Assembly: GCA_965213685.1 (NCBI GenBank)
Contig: CBDBZY010000044.1
Span: 1-64,000 of the forward strand
From: a bacterium
GTDB taxonomy: Bacteria; UBA8248
Reading direction: 5' to 3'
DNA length: 64,000 nucleotides
Part shown: one piece after another, positions 1-8,722 of the stretch
How positions within the stretch are numbered: the first letter of the stretch is position 1
Layout: each line of letters opens with the position of its first letter
The notes under the pieces: generated by a model
Told to the model about the DNA's origin: nothing
The model's database searches: none
Seen by the model: the letters and a program-made list of their open reading frames with translations, nothing else
Made by a program: the position numbers and the translations under genes

Positions 1-730
1 GCCGATGGCCGCTCGCACAGCCTCCCGCACCCGCGCGGGCCAGGCGTCGAAGCTCTCCCGGTGGGCGAGGAGGGCGCGCGCGCCATAAAAATGGCCGCTC
101 ATCGTGATGTGCTTCTGGTATTTCGCGACGCCATAGGTCGCGGTGTTGGCGAGCGGGTTTTCCTGCGCGTTCACCTCGCCAGACTCGATCATGGCGATTC
201 CCTCCCGCAACTCCACGGGGACGGGTTCGGCCCCCAGGAGCGCGAACGTCCGGACGTGCGTCTCGTTGGGCTGCAGGCGTACCCGCAGCCCCCGGCAGTC
301 CCCGGGGGTTCTCACGTCGCGGACGCTGTTCGAGAGGTGGCGAAATCCGTTGTCCCAGAATCCCAGGTTCCTGTAGCCTGTCCGGGCTTCGATCCGCTCG
401 GTCAGGTGCGCGCCGAGTGCCCCGTCAAGCGCACCGCTCGCGTGGGCGGAATCCTCGAAGAGGAATGGCAGGTCGACGATCCCGAGCTCGGGCACCCTGT
501 CGGCGAGGTAGCTCGTGGAGAAATAGCACATGCTGAGCAGCCCGCACTCCACGAGGGCGAGCAGGTCCGGGGCGGCGTAGCCGAAATCCATCACATTCCA
601 GAAGATGTCTATCCGCGCGTCCTCGCCCAGCCGCTCGGCCATCTTCTCCCGAAAGAGAACCATCGCGCGGCTGTGGGAGGTATCGGGCGGGGAATAGCCC
701 CCGATGCGGATGTGAACCGGTCCCGGACAT
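1..730 (-). CDS. TRAP transporter DctP-family substrate-binding protein (3' end outside window; probable +1 error just after the ATG)
   Basis: Manual minus-strand translation: GPVHIRIGGYSPPDTSHSRAM...YFSTSYLADRVPELGIVDLPFLF...GFWDNGFRHLSNSVRDVRTPGDCRGLRVR...NAQENPL, typical DctP motifs (DLPFLF, NGFR, QENP). ATG at 730 has a GGATGGAG RBS but is one base out of frame. Confidence 0.85.
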
Positions 731-902
731 ACGGGTTCGCTCCATCCTGGACGATGAGAGGGAACGGGCGCACTTGAAAAGCGCGACCATATCACATATA
801 TCCTTCTGCGCCGAGGTCGGCCCGGGGGGTGCATCGTTTCTGGACGGGCGGCGGGGCGCGCTCCGCCTTCTGACGGGCCATTTGATTCGAGGAGATACCG
901 AA

Positions 903-1505
903 ATGTCTTCACTTCAGGCGCAGCTTTTCGAGCGGACCGCTTCCGTTTCGCTGAAACGCCTCACAAAGGACATGCAAAAGAGATACGAACCCAAAAAAGG
1001 GGATCGGTTCAACGTCAAGGGCATCACCTACGAGATCGGCCCGCCGAAGTTCGTGGACGCCGACAGGGCGATTCGCTTCGAGATCAGCTCGAAGATACCG
1101 GGGGAGGAGTTGCCCGAATCCTGCGATCACGCCAACTATTTCGAGCAGATCGAGCAGCGCAACGAATCGTCGAAAAAACCCGTCTCCGCCGACATGGAGA
1201 ACATCGTCCGCGAGACGCGCGATCAGGAGAGAAAAGAGAGGGACTACGTCAAGCTCACCTACCAGTACGCCGACAGGGAGCTCTACGAAGAGGAGGACAT
1301 CCTTCGGGACGTTGGAGAGATCGCCCGGGGGGAGGGCGAGCGGCGGATGCCGCCCCCGGTTCCGGGCGTCCCCACCCTGGCGGGCCGGCTCATACTCGAG
1401 CGGGTGGAGGCCTCCCTGTATGACGCGGCGCGCGAGAACGTCGAGTCGCTCATCGACGCGAACCAGAAGGTGCGCTCGGAACTCCAGAAGAGCGAAGAGA
1501 AGTAG
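903..1505 (+). CDS. Hypothetical soluble protein, 200 aa
   Basis: GAGGAG RBS before ATG 903; Lys/Glu/Asn-rich globular composition unlike shadow ORFs; ends 12 bp before nagA. Confidence 0.85.
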   Translation: MSSLQAQLFERTASVSLKRLTKDMQKRYEPKKGDRFNVKGITYEIGPPKFVDADRAIRFEISSKIPGEELPESCDHANYFEQIEQRNESSKKPVSADMENIVRETRDQERKERDYVKLTYQYADRELYEEEDILRDVGEIARGEGERRMPPPVPGVPTLAGRLILERVEASLYDAARENVESLIDANQKVRSELQKSEEK

Positions 1506-1517
1506 GCGCGCGCGCGC

Positions 1518-2741
1518 ATGGCGCTTTGCCTCGTGGGTGTGACGGCGCACACGCCGCTGGAGAGAATCGCGGACGCCCTCCTCGTCGTCGAGGGGGGCGT
1601 TTTCGCGTACGTGGGGCCGCGCGGGGCGCGCCCCCTGCCGCCGCACGCCCGGGTGCTCGACCTCCAGGGCGCGCTGGCGTGCCCCGGTTTCGTGGACCTG
1701 CAAGTGAACGGACTCGGCCCGGACGCGGTGCTCTCCTCGGATGCCGCCGGCGTCCGTCGCATCGCCCGGAGGCTGGCCGCGCGCGGGACGACCGCTTTTT
1801 TGCCCACCATCGCCACGGCCCCCCGGGAGGAGCTGATTCGCGCGGCCCATGCGGTGCGGGAGGCGTGGGAGCGGCAAGGGGAAGAGGGAGAGGCCCGCAT
1901 CCTGGGCGCGCACCTCGAGGGGCCCTATCTGGAGCCCCGCATGCGGGGTGCGCATCCGCCGGAGCACATCCGCGCGCCGTCTCGGGAGGAGGTCGAGGAG
2001 GTCGCGGACGCCGCCGGGGGCTGGGGGGCGACCGGCGCCCCCGGCCTCGCGCTGGTGACGCTCTCCCCCGGGGTGGCGGGCGCCGCGGCGCTCGCCCGGT
2101 GGCTCGCCGGCAAGGGCGTCGTCCCCGCCATGGGGCATACGGCGGCCGGGGCGGCCTGCGTGGAGGCGTTTCTGGAGGCGGGCGGCGCGTTCGCGGTCCA
2201 TGCGTTCAACCGGTATGGCAGCCCGGGCGCGCCCGCGCACAGGAGCGCCGCGCCCATGGACTTCGTGCGGACCGACCCCAGGCTCTCCGCCGGCCTGATC
2301 GCGGACGGCGTCCACGTGGCTCCGCTGGCGATCGCCTCGTTCGTGCGCGCCAGGGGCTGGGAGCGGACGGTCCTCACCTCGGATCTGGCGGCCGACGGGG
2401 GCTTGCGGCCCGCAGCCGAGCATGCGGAGGAGGGGGCCGGGAGCGCGCCGGAAGACGTTCAAGACGTTGTGGTGCGCGCGGGCGTGCTGAGCGGAAGTCG
2501 CGCGACGCTCTCGGAGGCGCTTCCCCGTTTCTGGAAGTGGAGCGGGCTCGACCCCGCCCGTGCGCTGGCGACGGCCACGCGAAACCCGGCGCGCGTCCTT
2601 CGGGCGGAGGGTCGGCGGGGACGTCTCGCCCAGGGCCGCCGCGCGGATTTTTGCGTTCTGGCGCCGGATTCCCTGCAGCTTCTGGGCGTGATGGCGGGCG
2701 GGGTCTGGAGCGGCGGCGCGCCGCCGATTGCGGAGGGGTGA
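1518..2741 (+). CDS. nagA: N-acetylglucosamine-6-phosphate deacetylase
   Basis: PGFVDLQVNG, GTTAFLPT, GAHLEGPY, RGAH, GHT, HAFN, LIADGVHV, LSGS, NPAR...ADF motifs. Confidence 0.85.
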   Translation: MALCLVGVTAHTPLERIADALLVVEGGVFAYVGPRGARPLPPHARVLDLQGALACPGFVDLQVNGLGPDAVLSSDAAGVRRIARRLAARGTTAFLPTIATAPREELIRAAHAVREAWERQGEEGEARILGAHLEGPYLEPRMRGAHPPEHIRAPSREEVEEVADAAGGWGATGAPGLALVTLSPGVAGAAALARWLAGKGVVPAMGHTAAGAACVEAFLEAGGAFAVHAFNRYGSPGAPAHRSAAPMDFVRTDPRLSAGLIADGVHVAPLAIASFVRARGWERTVLTSDLAADGGLRPAAEHAEEGAGSAPEDVQDVVVRAGVLSGSRATLSEALPRFWKWSGLDPARALATATRNPARVLRAEGRRGRLAQGRRADFCVLAPDSLQLLGVMAGGVWSGGAPPIAEG

Positions 2742-2756
2742 GGATTCGCGCATAAT
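2728..2756 (+). promoter_or_regulatory. Putative sigma70 promoter for the D-aminoacylase gene
   Basis: TTGCGG-17 nt-CATAAT. Confidence 0.45.
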
Positions 2757-2803
2757 TCCCTCGCCGGTGGCCCGCAAGCAGAATCCGCCCAGGGCAGTCC
2801 GCC

Positions 2804-4393
2804 ATGCATGACGTCGTCTTTCGCCACGCCCTGATATTCGATGGTCTGGGCACAGCGCCCTATGAGGGCGGACTCGCCGTTCGCGGCGACCGCATCGCGG
2901 AGGTCGGCCCCGACGCGGGCGGCCCCGCCCGCCGCGCCATCGACGCGCGCGGTCTGGCGCTGAGTCCCGGCTTCGTCGACATTCACGGCCATTCCGATTA
3001 CTACCTCCTCATCAATCCCGAAGCGCACGCCAAGGTCCGCCAGGGGGTGACGACCGACGTGGGCGGCAACTGCGGCTACGCCGCCTCGCCGATTGGCGGC
3101 GCTGAGCTGCAGGAGCGAAAAAAATCGTATCGTGCGCAGTATGGTCTGGACCTCCCGTTTCAGAGCGTGGCGGAGCATCTGCGCCACGTGGATGAGGTGG
3201 GCGTCTCGGTCAACTACGCCCATCTGGTGGGACACAACACGATTCGGGCCAGCGTGATGGGGGGCGCGGCGCGCCCGGCGCGCCCGGGGGAGCTGGCCGC
3301 GATGGGGGAGATGCTCTCCCTGGGAATGGCCCAGGGCGCTTTCGGCTTGTCCACCGGGCTGGTGTATGCGCCCGCATGTTTCGCGGAGAAGGAGGAGCTC
3401 ACGGCGCTTTGCCGTATATCGGGGCGTCACGGCGGGCTGCTGGCCACCCACATGCGCAGCGAGGGAGACGCGCTGCTCGAGGCGATGGACGAGGTGATCG
3501 AGGCGGCCGCGACGGCGGGGCTGCCCCTTCAGATCAGCCACCTGAAGACGGCGGGCGAGCGGAACTGGAACAAGCTCGACGAGGCGTTCGGGCGCATCGA
3601 GCGCGCGCGGGCGGGAGGACAGGACGTGAGCTGCGACCGCTACCCCTACACGGCCTCGAACACCCATTTGAGCGCGCTGCTGCCGGACTGGGCGCACGAG
3701 GGCGACCTGGAGGATAGGGTGCGGCGTCTGGAGGAGGCGGACGCGAGAGCGCGGATGAGGGGCGACATCCTGCGGGCGCGCCCCGAGGCGTCCTGCTGGG
3801 AGAACATCCGGATCAGCCGGACGGTCACGGAGGCGAATCGCGCCTGCGAGGGTCTCACCCTCGCGCAGCTGGGCGAGGCCCGGGGGGTGTGTCCCGTGGA
3901 CGCGATGCTCGATCTGCTGGCGCAGGAGAGGATGAACGTCGAGATTCTCATCTTCATGATGAGTCCGGAGAACATGCGCCGCATACTCCGGAAGCCCTAC
4001 GTCATGGTGGGCTCGGACGCGGGAGCGCTCACGCACGAGCCGCCCCTGGGCGCCGGCCGCCCGCACCCGAGAAACTTCGGAACCTTCCCCTTCGTCCTGG
4101 GCACCCTGGCGAGAGACGAGGGCTTGTTCTCGCTGGCCGAGGGCGTCCGCAAGATGACCTCCGCCCCCTGCCTGCGGCTGGGCATACCGGATCGGGGACG
4201 CCTGGCGGCCGGAATGAAGGCAGACCTCGTCCTGTTCGATCCGGACGGGATACGGGACGAGTGCACCTATGATCGTCCCGTCGCGTATCCCTCGGGAGTC
4301 GAGATGGTGCTCGTCAACGGCGAGGTGGTCGTGGAGGCGGGAAGCCATACCGGAGCGCGCCCTGGCCGCGCGCTGCGCAAACCATCGGGATAG
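2804..4393 (+). CDS. N-acyl-D-amino-acid deacylase (D-aminoacylase, amidohydrolase family)
   Basis: PGFVDIHGHSD, QGVTT..GNCG, GLSTGLVYAP, THMRSE, ISHLK, YPYTA, GSD, PHPRNFGTFP. Confidence 0.92.
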   Translation: MHDVVFRHALIFDGLGTAPYEGGLAVRGDRIAEVGPDAGGPARRAIDARGLALSPGFVDIHGHSDYYLLINPEAHAKVRQGVTTDVGGNCGYAASPIGGAELQERKKSYRAQYGLDLPFQSVAEHLRHVDEVGVSVNYAHLVGHNTIRASVMGGAARPARPGELAAMGEMLSLGMAQGAFGLSTGLVYAPACFAEKEELTALCRISGRHGGLLATHMRSEGDALLEAMDEVIEAAATAGLPLQISHLKTAGERNWNKLDEAFGRIERARAGGQDVSCDRYPYTASNTHLSALLPDWAHEGDLEDRVRRLEEADARARMRGDILRARPEASCWENIRISRTVTEANRACEGLTLAQLGEARGVCPVDAMLDLLAQERMNVEILIFMMSPENMRRILRKPYVMVGSDAGALTHEPPLGAGRPHPRNFGTFPFVLGTLARDEGLFSLAEGVRKMTSAPCLRLGIPDRGRLAAGMKADLVLFDPDGIRDECTYDRPVAYPSGVEMVLVNGEVVVEAGSHTGARPGRALRKPSG

Positions 4394-4396
4394 GAA

Positions 4397-6172
4397 ATGG
4401 CGACGATGCTCGACGCCGGAATCATCCAGACGACGCTCGCCCTGCTGGGCGCGCTCGCCCTGCTGGGCGTCCTCCTCGTCTGGCGGGCGTCGCGCCGCCG
4501 CTCCGGGAGGCGCCGCGCGTTTCCGAAGGGCGAATGGGGCGACTATCTGGAGAAGATGACGGAGGAGGCTCCCGGCCCGCCGGCGCCGATTCTCCCGCCT
4601 CCCGCCGGCGACGGGGGGGATGAGGAGAAAGACGCTCCACCGCCCGGGGAGGAGTCGGAATTTCAGCAGGACGCAGCGCCCGCCGGGGAGACGACGTCCT
4701 GGCGGGAGGGTTTGCCCGCACCCGCCGGCGCGCGTCCCGGGGCGGATGCAGAGCCTCCGCCCGCCCGGACGCCGGAGCGGGAGTCCGCGCCCGGGGTCTC
4801 CCGCGAGGAGGAGCTCTTCTCCCTCGTGCAGCGCGAGGGCGGCGGCGAGGATGCGCCTTCGGGGGGCGCCGTTCTTCAGGAGGAGACGGGGGCGGAGCGC
4901 GCCGCGAATTTCGCCGGGGCCGTGAACTCTCCCCCGGGCGATGACGCGGGCGGCCGCGCGGTGCCCGCCGATCCGGGAGCCGCTCCGCCGTCGGTGGCCG
5001 GTTCCGGTTCGCGGGCGGCGTCGGACGAAACGTCTTCGGGACGGGTGCGCGAGCTCGTGGCGGAGCTTTGTCCGGGGGATCTGCTCCTGATGGAAAGCCT
5101 GGAGCGGGAGCTGCCCGGCTGGGCGGCGGACGCCGCGGACGCCGCGCGCGCCGACCTGGAGGAGCGCCAGCGCGGCCGGCGGCCGCCCGCGCCCGAGGAA
5201 TACCTGCGCCTGGGCATCCTGGAGGTGATCCTGGGGCGCGGGGATCGGGCGACGCGCCACCTCAAGGAATCCCTGCGGCGGACGAGCGCGTTCGGGCCTG
5301 TTCTCAATGCGCTGGCCGTCACGTCCTGCCTGCGCGAAAAGATGGAGCCAGCGATATCCTACTGCCGGGAGGCCGCCCGCGAAGCGGGTCGGGACGCCTC
5401 GGTGCAGGCGGCGGTCGCCCAGAACCTGGGAAGTTTCTACGAGAGGAAGGGGGAAGGCTCCCGCGCGGCCGAATCCTACGAGGCGGCACTCCGCTACATC
5501 GGACCGCAGGGAGAGGCCGGGCGGGTGTCGAGGCTGCGGATGCGGGTCGGCCAGCTGTTCCTGCGCCAGGGGGCTTACGAGAAGGCGGGGGAGAACCTCT
5601 CCGAGGCGGCGCATGCGTTCCACGTCCTCGGAGAGGCCGGCAACGAGGCGCGGGCGCACGTCGCGCTGGCCTCCGCCCGGACGAGGGCGGGCAAATGCGA
5701 ATCCGCCCAGGACAGCCTGGAGGTCGCCCTGGGTCTTTGCCGGAAAAACGCGGACAAGACGGGCGAAGCCCTGGTGTACGGCCAGATGGGCGTGACCTTC
5801 GCGGCCCAGCAGCAGCTCACGCGCGCGCTGTGCTACTACGAAAACGCCCTGGGACTGAACCGCGAGATCGGAAACAAACGGGGCGAGGCGGCGAGCCTTG
5901 ACGGCATCGGGGGGATTCACTGCGCCCGGGGCGATTTCCCCGAAGCGCGGGAGGCGTATGAGGCGGCCCTGGAGATCAGCCGCGAGGGGGGACGCGCCCG
6001 GGCCACGGCCAAACTGTTGCGCAACCTGGGGCGGATACACCTGGAGCAGGGGGAGCGGGAGGCCGCGCGCGCGCGCCTCCTCGAGGCGCTTGGCGTCTTT
6101 CGGCGCATCGGCGCGGCGGATGCGGCCCATCAGGTCGCGGAGACGCTCGAAGGGCTGGATGGGCGCCCCTGA
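4397..6172 (+). CDS. Membrane-anchored tetratricopeptide-repeat protein
   Basis: N-terminal hydrophobic helix followed by an Arg cluster, ~200 aa Pro/Ala/Glu low-complexity linker, then multiple TPR-like units (e.g. ALCYYENALGLNREIGNKRGEAASLDGIG). Confidence 0.85.
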   Translation: MATMLDAGIIQTTLALLGALALLGVLLVWRASRRRSGRRRAFPKGEWGDYLEKMTEEAPGPPAPILPPPAGDGGDEEKDAPPPGEESEFQQDAAPAGETTSWREGLPAPAGARPGADAEPPPARTPERESAPGVSREEELFSLVQREGGGEDAPSGGAVLQEETGAERAANFAGAVNSPPGDDAGGRAVPADPGAAPPSVAGSGSRAASDETSSGRVRELVAELCPGDLLLMESLERELPGWAADAADAARADLEERQRGRRPPAPEEYLRLGILEVILGRGDRATRHLKESLRRTSAFGPVLNALAVTSCLREKMEPAISYCREAAREAGRDASVQAAVAQNLGSFYERKGEGSRAAESYEAALRYIGPQGEAGRVSRLRMRVGQLFLRQGAYEKAGENLSEAAHAFHVLGEAGNEARAHVALASARTRAGKCESAQDSLEVALGLCRKNADKTGEALVYGQMGVTFAAQQQLTRALCYYENALGLNREIGNKRGEAASLDGIGGIHCARGDFPEAREAYEAALEISREGGRARATAKLLRNLGRIHLEQGEREAARARLLEALGVFRRIGAADAAHQVAETLEGLDGRP

Positions 6173-6238
6173 GGGAGCCTCCCGCGCCTGGTGCGGCGAT
6201 GCGGAGGCCGGCGCCGCGCGCGGAAATCGCGGAAATCC

Positions 6239-7424
6239 CTACGGTCCTGCGCCCAGCGCGAATTTCTCCAGCAGCCTGCCATAGACCCGCGCGGCTTTTC
6301 GCAGGGAGTCGATTTCGATGAACTCGTCCGGCCCGTGGGCCTGCTCGATGTTTCCCGGTCCGAGGAGAAAGCAGTTCCGGCTTCCGGTTTGGGCCGCGGC
6401 CATGCCGGCGTCCGAGTAATAGCTCACGCCCGCGGGGGCGGGCTCCGCGCCCAGGGTTTCGCCCAAGGTCTCGAGGATGAGCCTCGCGCCCGCACCCGCG
6501 AGATCGGCCTTGACGGGGGGGCGCTCCGCGATCGTGGGGCGCAGCGAGAACCCGACGCCGCCCACCCGGGCGCACGCACCGGCCGCTCTCTCGCGAATGA
6601 TCTCCTCGATGTCGGACGTCCGGAGGGGCGGCACGAAGCGGGCGTCGATCTGCACCGCGCACCTCTCGGCCACCACGTTGGCCTTGTGTCCGCCCTCGAC
6701 GATGCTGGCGACCATGGTGCACCGGCCCAGCAGGGGGTCTTCGTGGGGGAGCTCCTCCACCGCCTCGTGAAGCGCCACCACCGCGCGGGCGGCGGCGTGG
6801 ATCGCGTCCGCGCCCATGTAGGGTGCCGCGGCGTGGGCGCTCTTTCCGCGAAAGACGAGCTCGAACCACATGGCGCCCTTCTGTGCCGTCCACGAGGGCG
6901 AGTTCGGTCGGCTCGCACGAGATCACGACGTCCTCCGCGCGAATGTGTCCGCACTCTATGGCCGCCGCCGTCCCCGTCATCGCTCCGCTCTCCTCGTCCA
7001 CCACCATGCAGCAGCGCACCGTTCGCCGCGCCCGCGCGCCGCGCTCGATTCGCCTCCGCAGAGCCGCCACGGCCGCGAGGCTGGCGGCGATGCCGCCCTT
7101 CATGTCGCAACTTCCCCGCCCCCAGATTTTTCCGTCCGCCTCGACCGCGCGAAACGGGTCGCGCGACCAGCCGGCACCCGCCGGCACGGTGTCCATGTGA
7201 TTCAGAAAGACGAGGGCGGGGCCGCCTTCGCTCCCCGCGATCTCCGCGGTCACGTTCTCGCGCCCCGCATCCACGCGCTCGCGCGTCGCCTCCAGGCCGA
7301 TGTCCCGAAAAAACGCCTCCAGCCGCGCCGCCATGGCGGATTCGTCGCCCGCGGGATTCTCGCTGGGAATCCCGATCAACTCCTTGGCGAGTGAAACGGC
7401 CTGGGTCTCGATGGTCGCGTCCAA
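6239..7424 (-). CDS. M20 metallopeptidase, ArgE/DapE family (apparent +1 frameshift near 6890)
   Basis: LIGIPSEN, HMDTVP, GRGSCDMKGG, VDEE, CEPT in one frame; KGAMWFELVFRGKSAHAA, NVV, SDAG, GPG...AHGPDEFI in the next. Removing one G restores VTAQKGAMWF. TTG start with GGGAG RBS. Confidence 0.85.
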
Positions 7425-7507
7425 GTGCGGGCTCCCGGGAGCGGGGGGGGGGGGCGAGGGGCGCATGATGGCGCATTTCGGGTCGTTTGGGTAGAGGCAC
7501 CCCCGCG

Positions 7508-8722
7508 TCATCCGGCGGCGTGGAGCCGCCGCATCAGGGAGGAGAAGTTCCTCCCCGGCGTGACGTTCCCGAGGCATGCCGCCTCTTTCGCGCCGGTGAC
7601 GCCCGGCAGGCTGTTCGTCCGCCCGGCGAGGGTTCCCCACGCGAGGAGGGCGAAGCAGACGGCCTCCACGGCGTCGGGCGAGACGCCCCGCGCGTCGCTC
7701 GTCGTGACGGGCAGGCCGCCGAGGGCCTCGCGCAGGCGGCGCATCAGGGTTTTGTTGTAGACGCCGCCGCCCCCGACGATCACCTCGGCGGGCGGTGCCT
7801 CTTTCGGGAGGAAACGGCGAATCGCGTCCCCCACGCAGGCGGCGGAGAGGGCGGTGAGCGTGGCGAGGGCGTCCTCGGCACCGCGCCCGCGAGCCGCCAT
7901 GCGCTCGATGGTCGCCTCGACGAACGCCGCGCCGAACCGCTCCCTGCCGGTGCTTTTGGGCGGCTTCCGCCGGAGGTAGGCGTCTTCGCGCAGCTCGGCC
8001 AGGGTTTCGGGGCACACGCGGCCCGCCGCCGCCATGGCACCCCCCGGATCATGGGTTTTCTCCCCGCCCGTGAGCCTGCGGGCGAGGGCGTCGAGCGTCA
8101 TGTTCGCCGGTCCGCAGTCGAAGCCGAGGACGCCCGCCTCGCCCAGCGGGGGGAGGTAGGTGACGTTCGAGATGCCGCCCAGGTTCAGGAAGGCGGTCGG
8201 TGCGCCCTCCCGGCTGAAGAGCGCCCGGTGTGCCCAGGGGGTCAGGGGCGCGCCCGCCCCGCCGGCGGCCACGTCGCGCGAGCGAAAGTCGCAGACGCCC
8301 GTCCTCCCCGTGCGCGCGGCGATGAAGGCGGGGTCGCCAATCTGGAGCGTGGAGGGGAGCAGCCGGCCGCGCGCGCCCCTGCCGCCCTCCGGAAGGTGGC
8401 GCACCGTCTGGCCGTGGCTGCCCCAGAAATCGATGGCCTCCAGCGGCGTCTCGGTTTTGAACGCCACCGCCAGCGCAGCCGCGGCGAAGGCCTCGCCCAC
8501 CTCCCGATGCAGCGAGCAGAGCTCCTCCGCCTCCGCGCCTTCTTCTCCGGCGGCCAGGAGAATCCGCTCTCTCAGGCGCTTCGGGTAGGGGGAGGCGTGA
8601 AAGCCCACTGTCTCGACGCCCGCCCGCGCGCCCGGGAGAATCCGGACGAGGGCGGCGTCCACGCCGTCGGCGGAGGTTCCCGACATCAGGCCGATGGCCA
8701 GATGCGGGCGCGCACCGCTCAT
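7508..8722 (-). CDS. anmK: Anhydro-N-acetylmuramic acid kinase
   Basis: IGLMSGTSADGVD, GSHGQTVRH, DFRSRDVAAGG.GAPL, NLGGISNVT, FDCGPAN, PKSTGRE, GGGVYN. Confidence 0.95.
   Translation of the reverse strand: MSGARPHLAIGLMSGTSADGVDAALVRILPGARAGVETVGFHASPYPKRLRERILLAAGEEGAEAEELCSLHREVGEAFAAAALAVAFKTETPLEAIDFWGSHGQTVRHLPEGGRGARGRLLPSTLQIGDPAFIAARTGRTGVCDFRSRDVAAGGAGAPLTPWAHRALFSREGAPTAFLNLGGISNVTYLPPLGEAGVLGFDCGPANMTLDALARRLTGGEKTHDPGGAMAAAGRVCPETLAELREDAYLRRKPPKSTGRERFGAAFVEATIERMAARGRGAEDALATLTALSAACVGDAIRRFLPKEAPPAEVIVGGGGVYNKTLMRRLREALGGLPVTTSDARGVSPDAVEAVCFALLAWGTLAGRTNSLPGVTGAKEAACLGNVTPGRNFSSLMRRLHAAG

Noticed and set aside
1518-2741. NagA with QxN in place of the HxH metal motif
   Set aside because: QxN is the known E. 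coli-type NagA variant.
2459-6130. 1223-aa antisense ORF and many other long overlapping ORFs (e.g. 17563-20136, 49075-51378, 35006-37156)
   Set aside because: Shadow frames of well-supported genes; Arg/Pro/Gly/Ala-rich with no motifs, as expected when stop codons are rare at high GC.
6207-6237. Tandem GCGGAAATC repeat between convergent genes
   Set aside because: Only two 9-bp copies; no array, spacers or cas genes.
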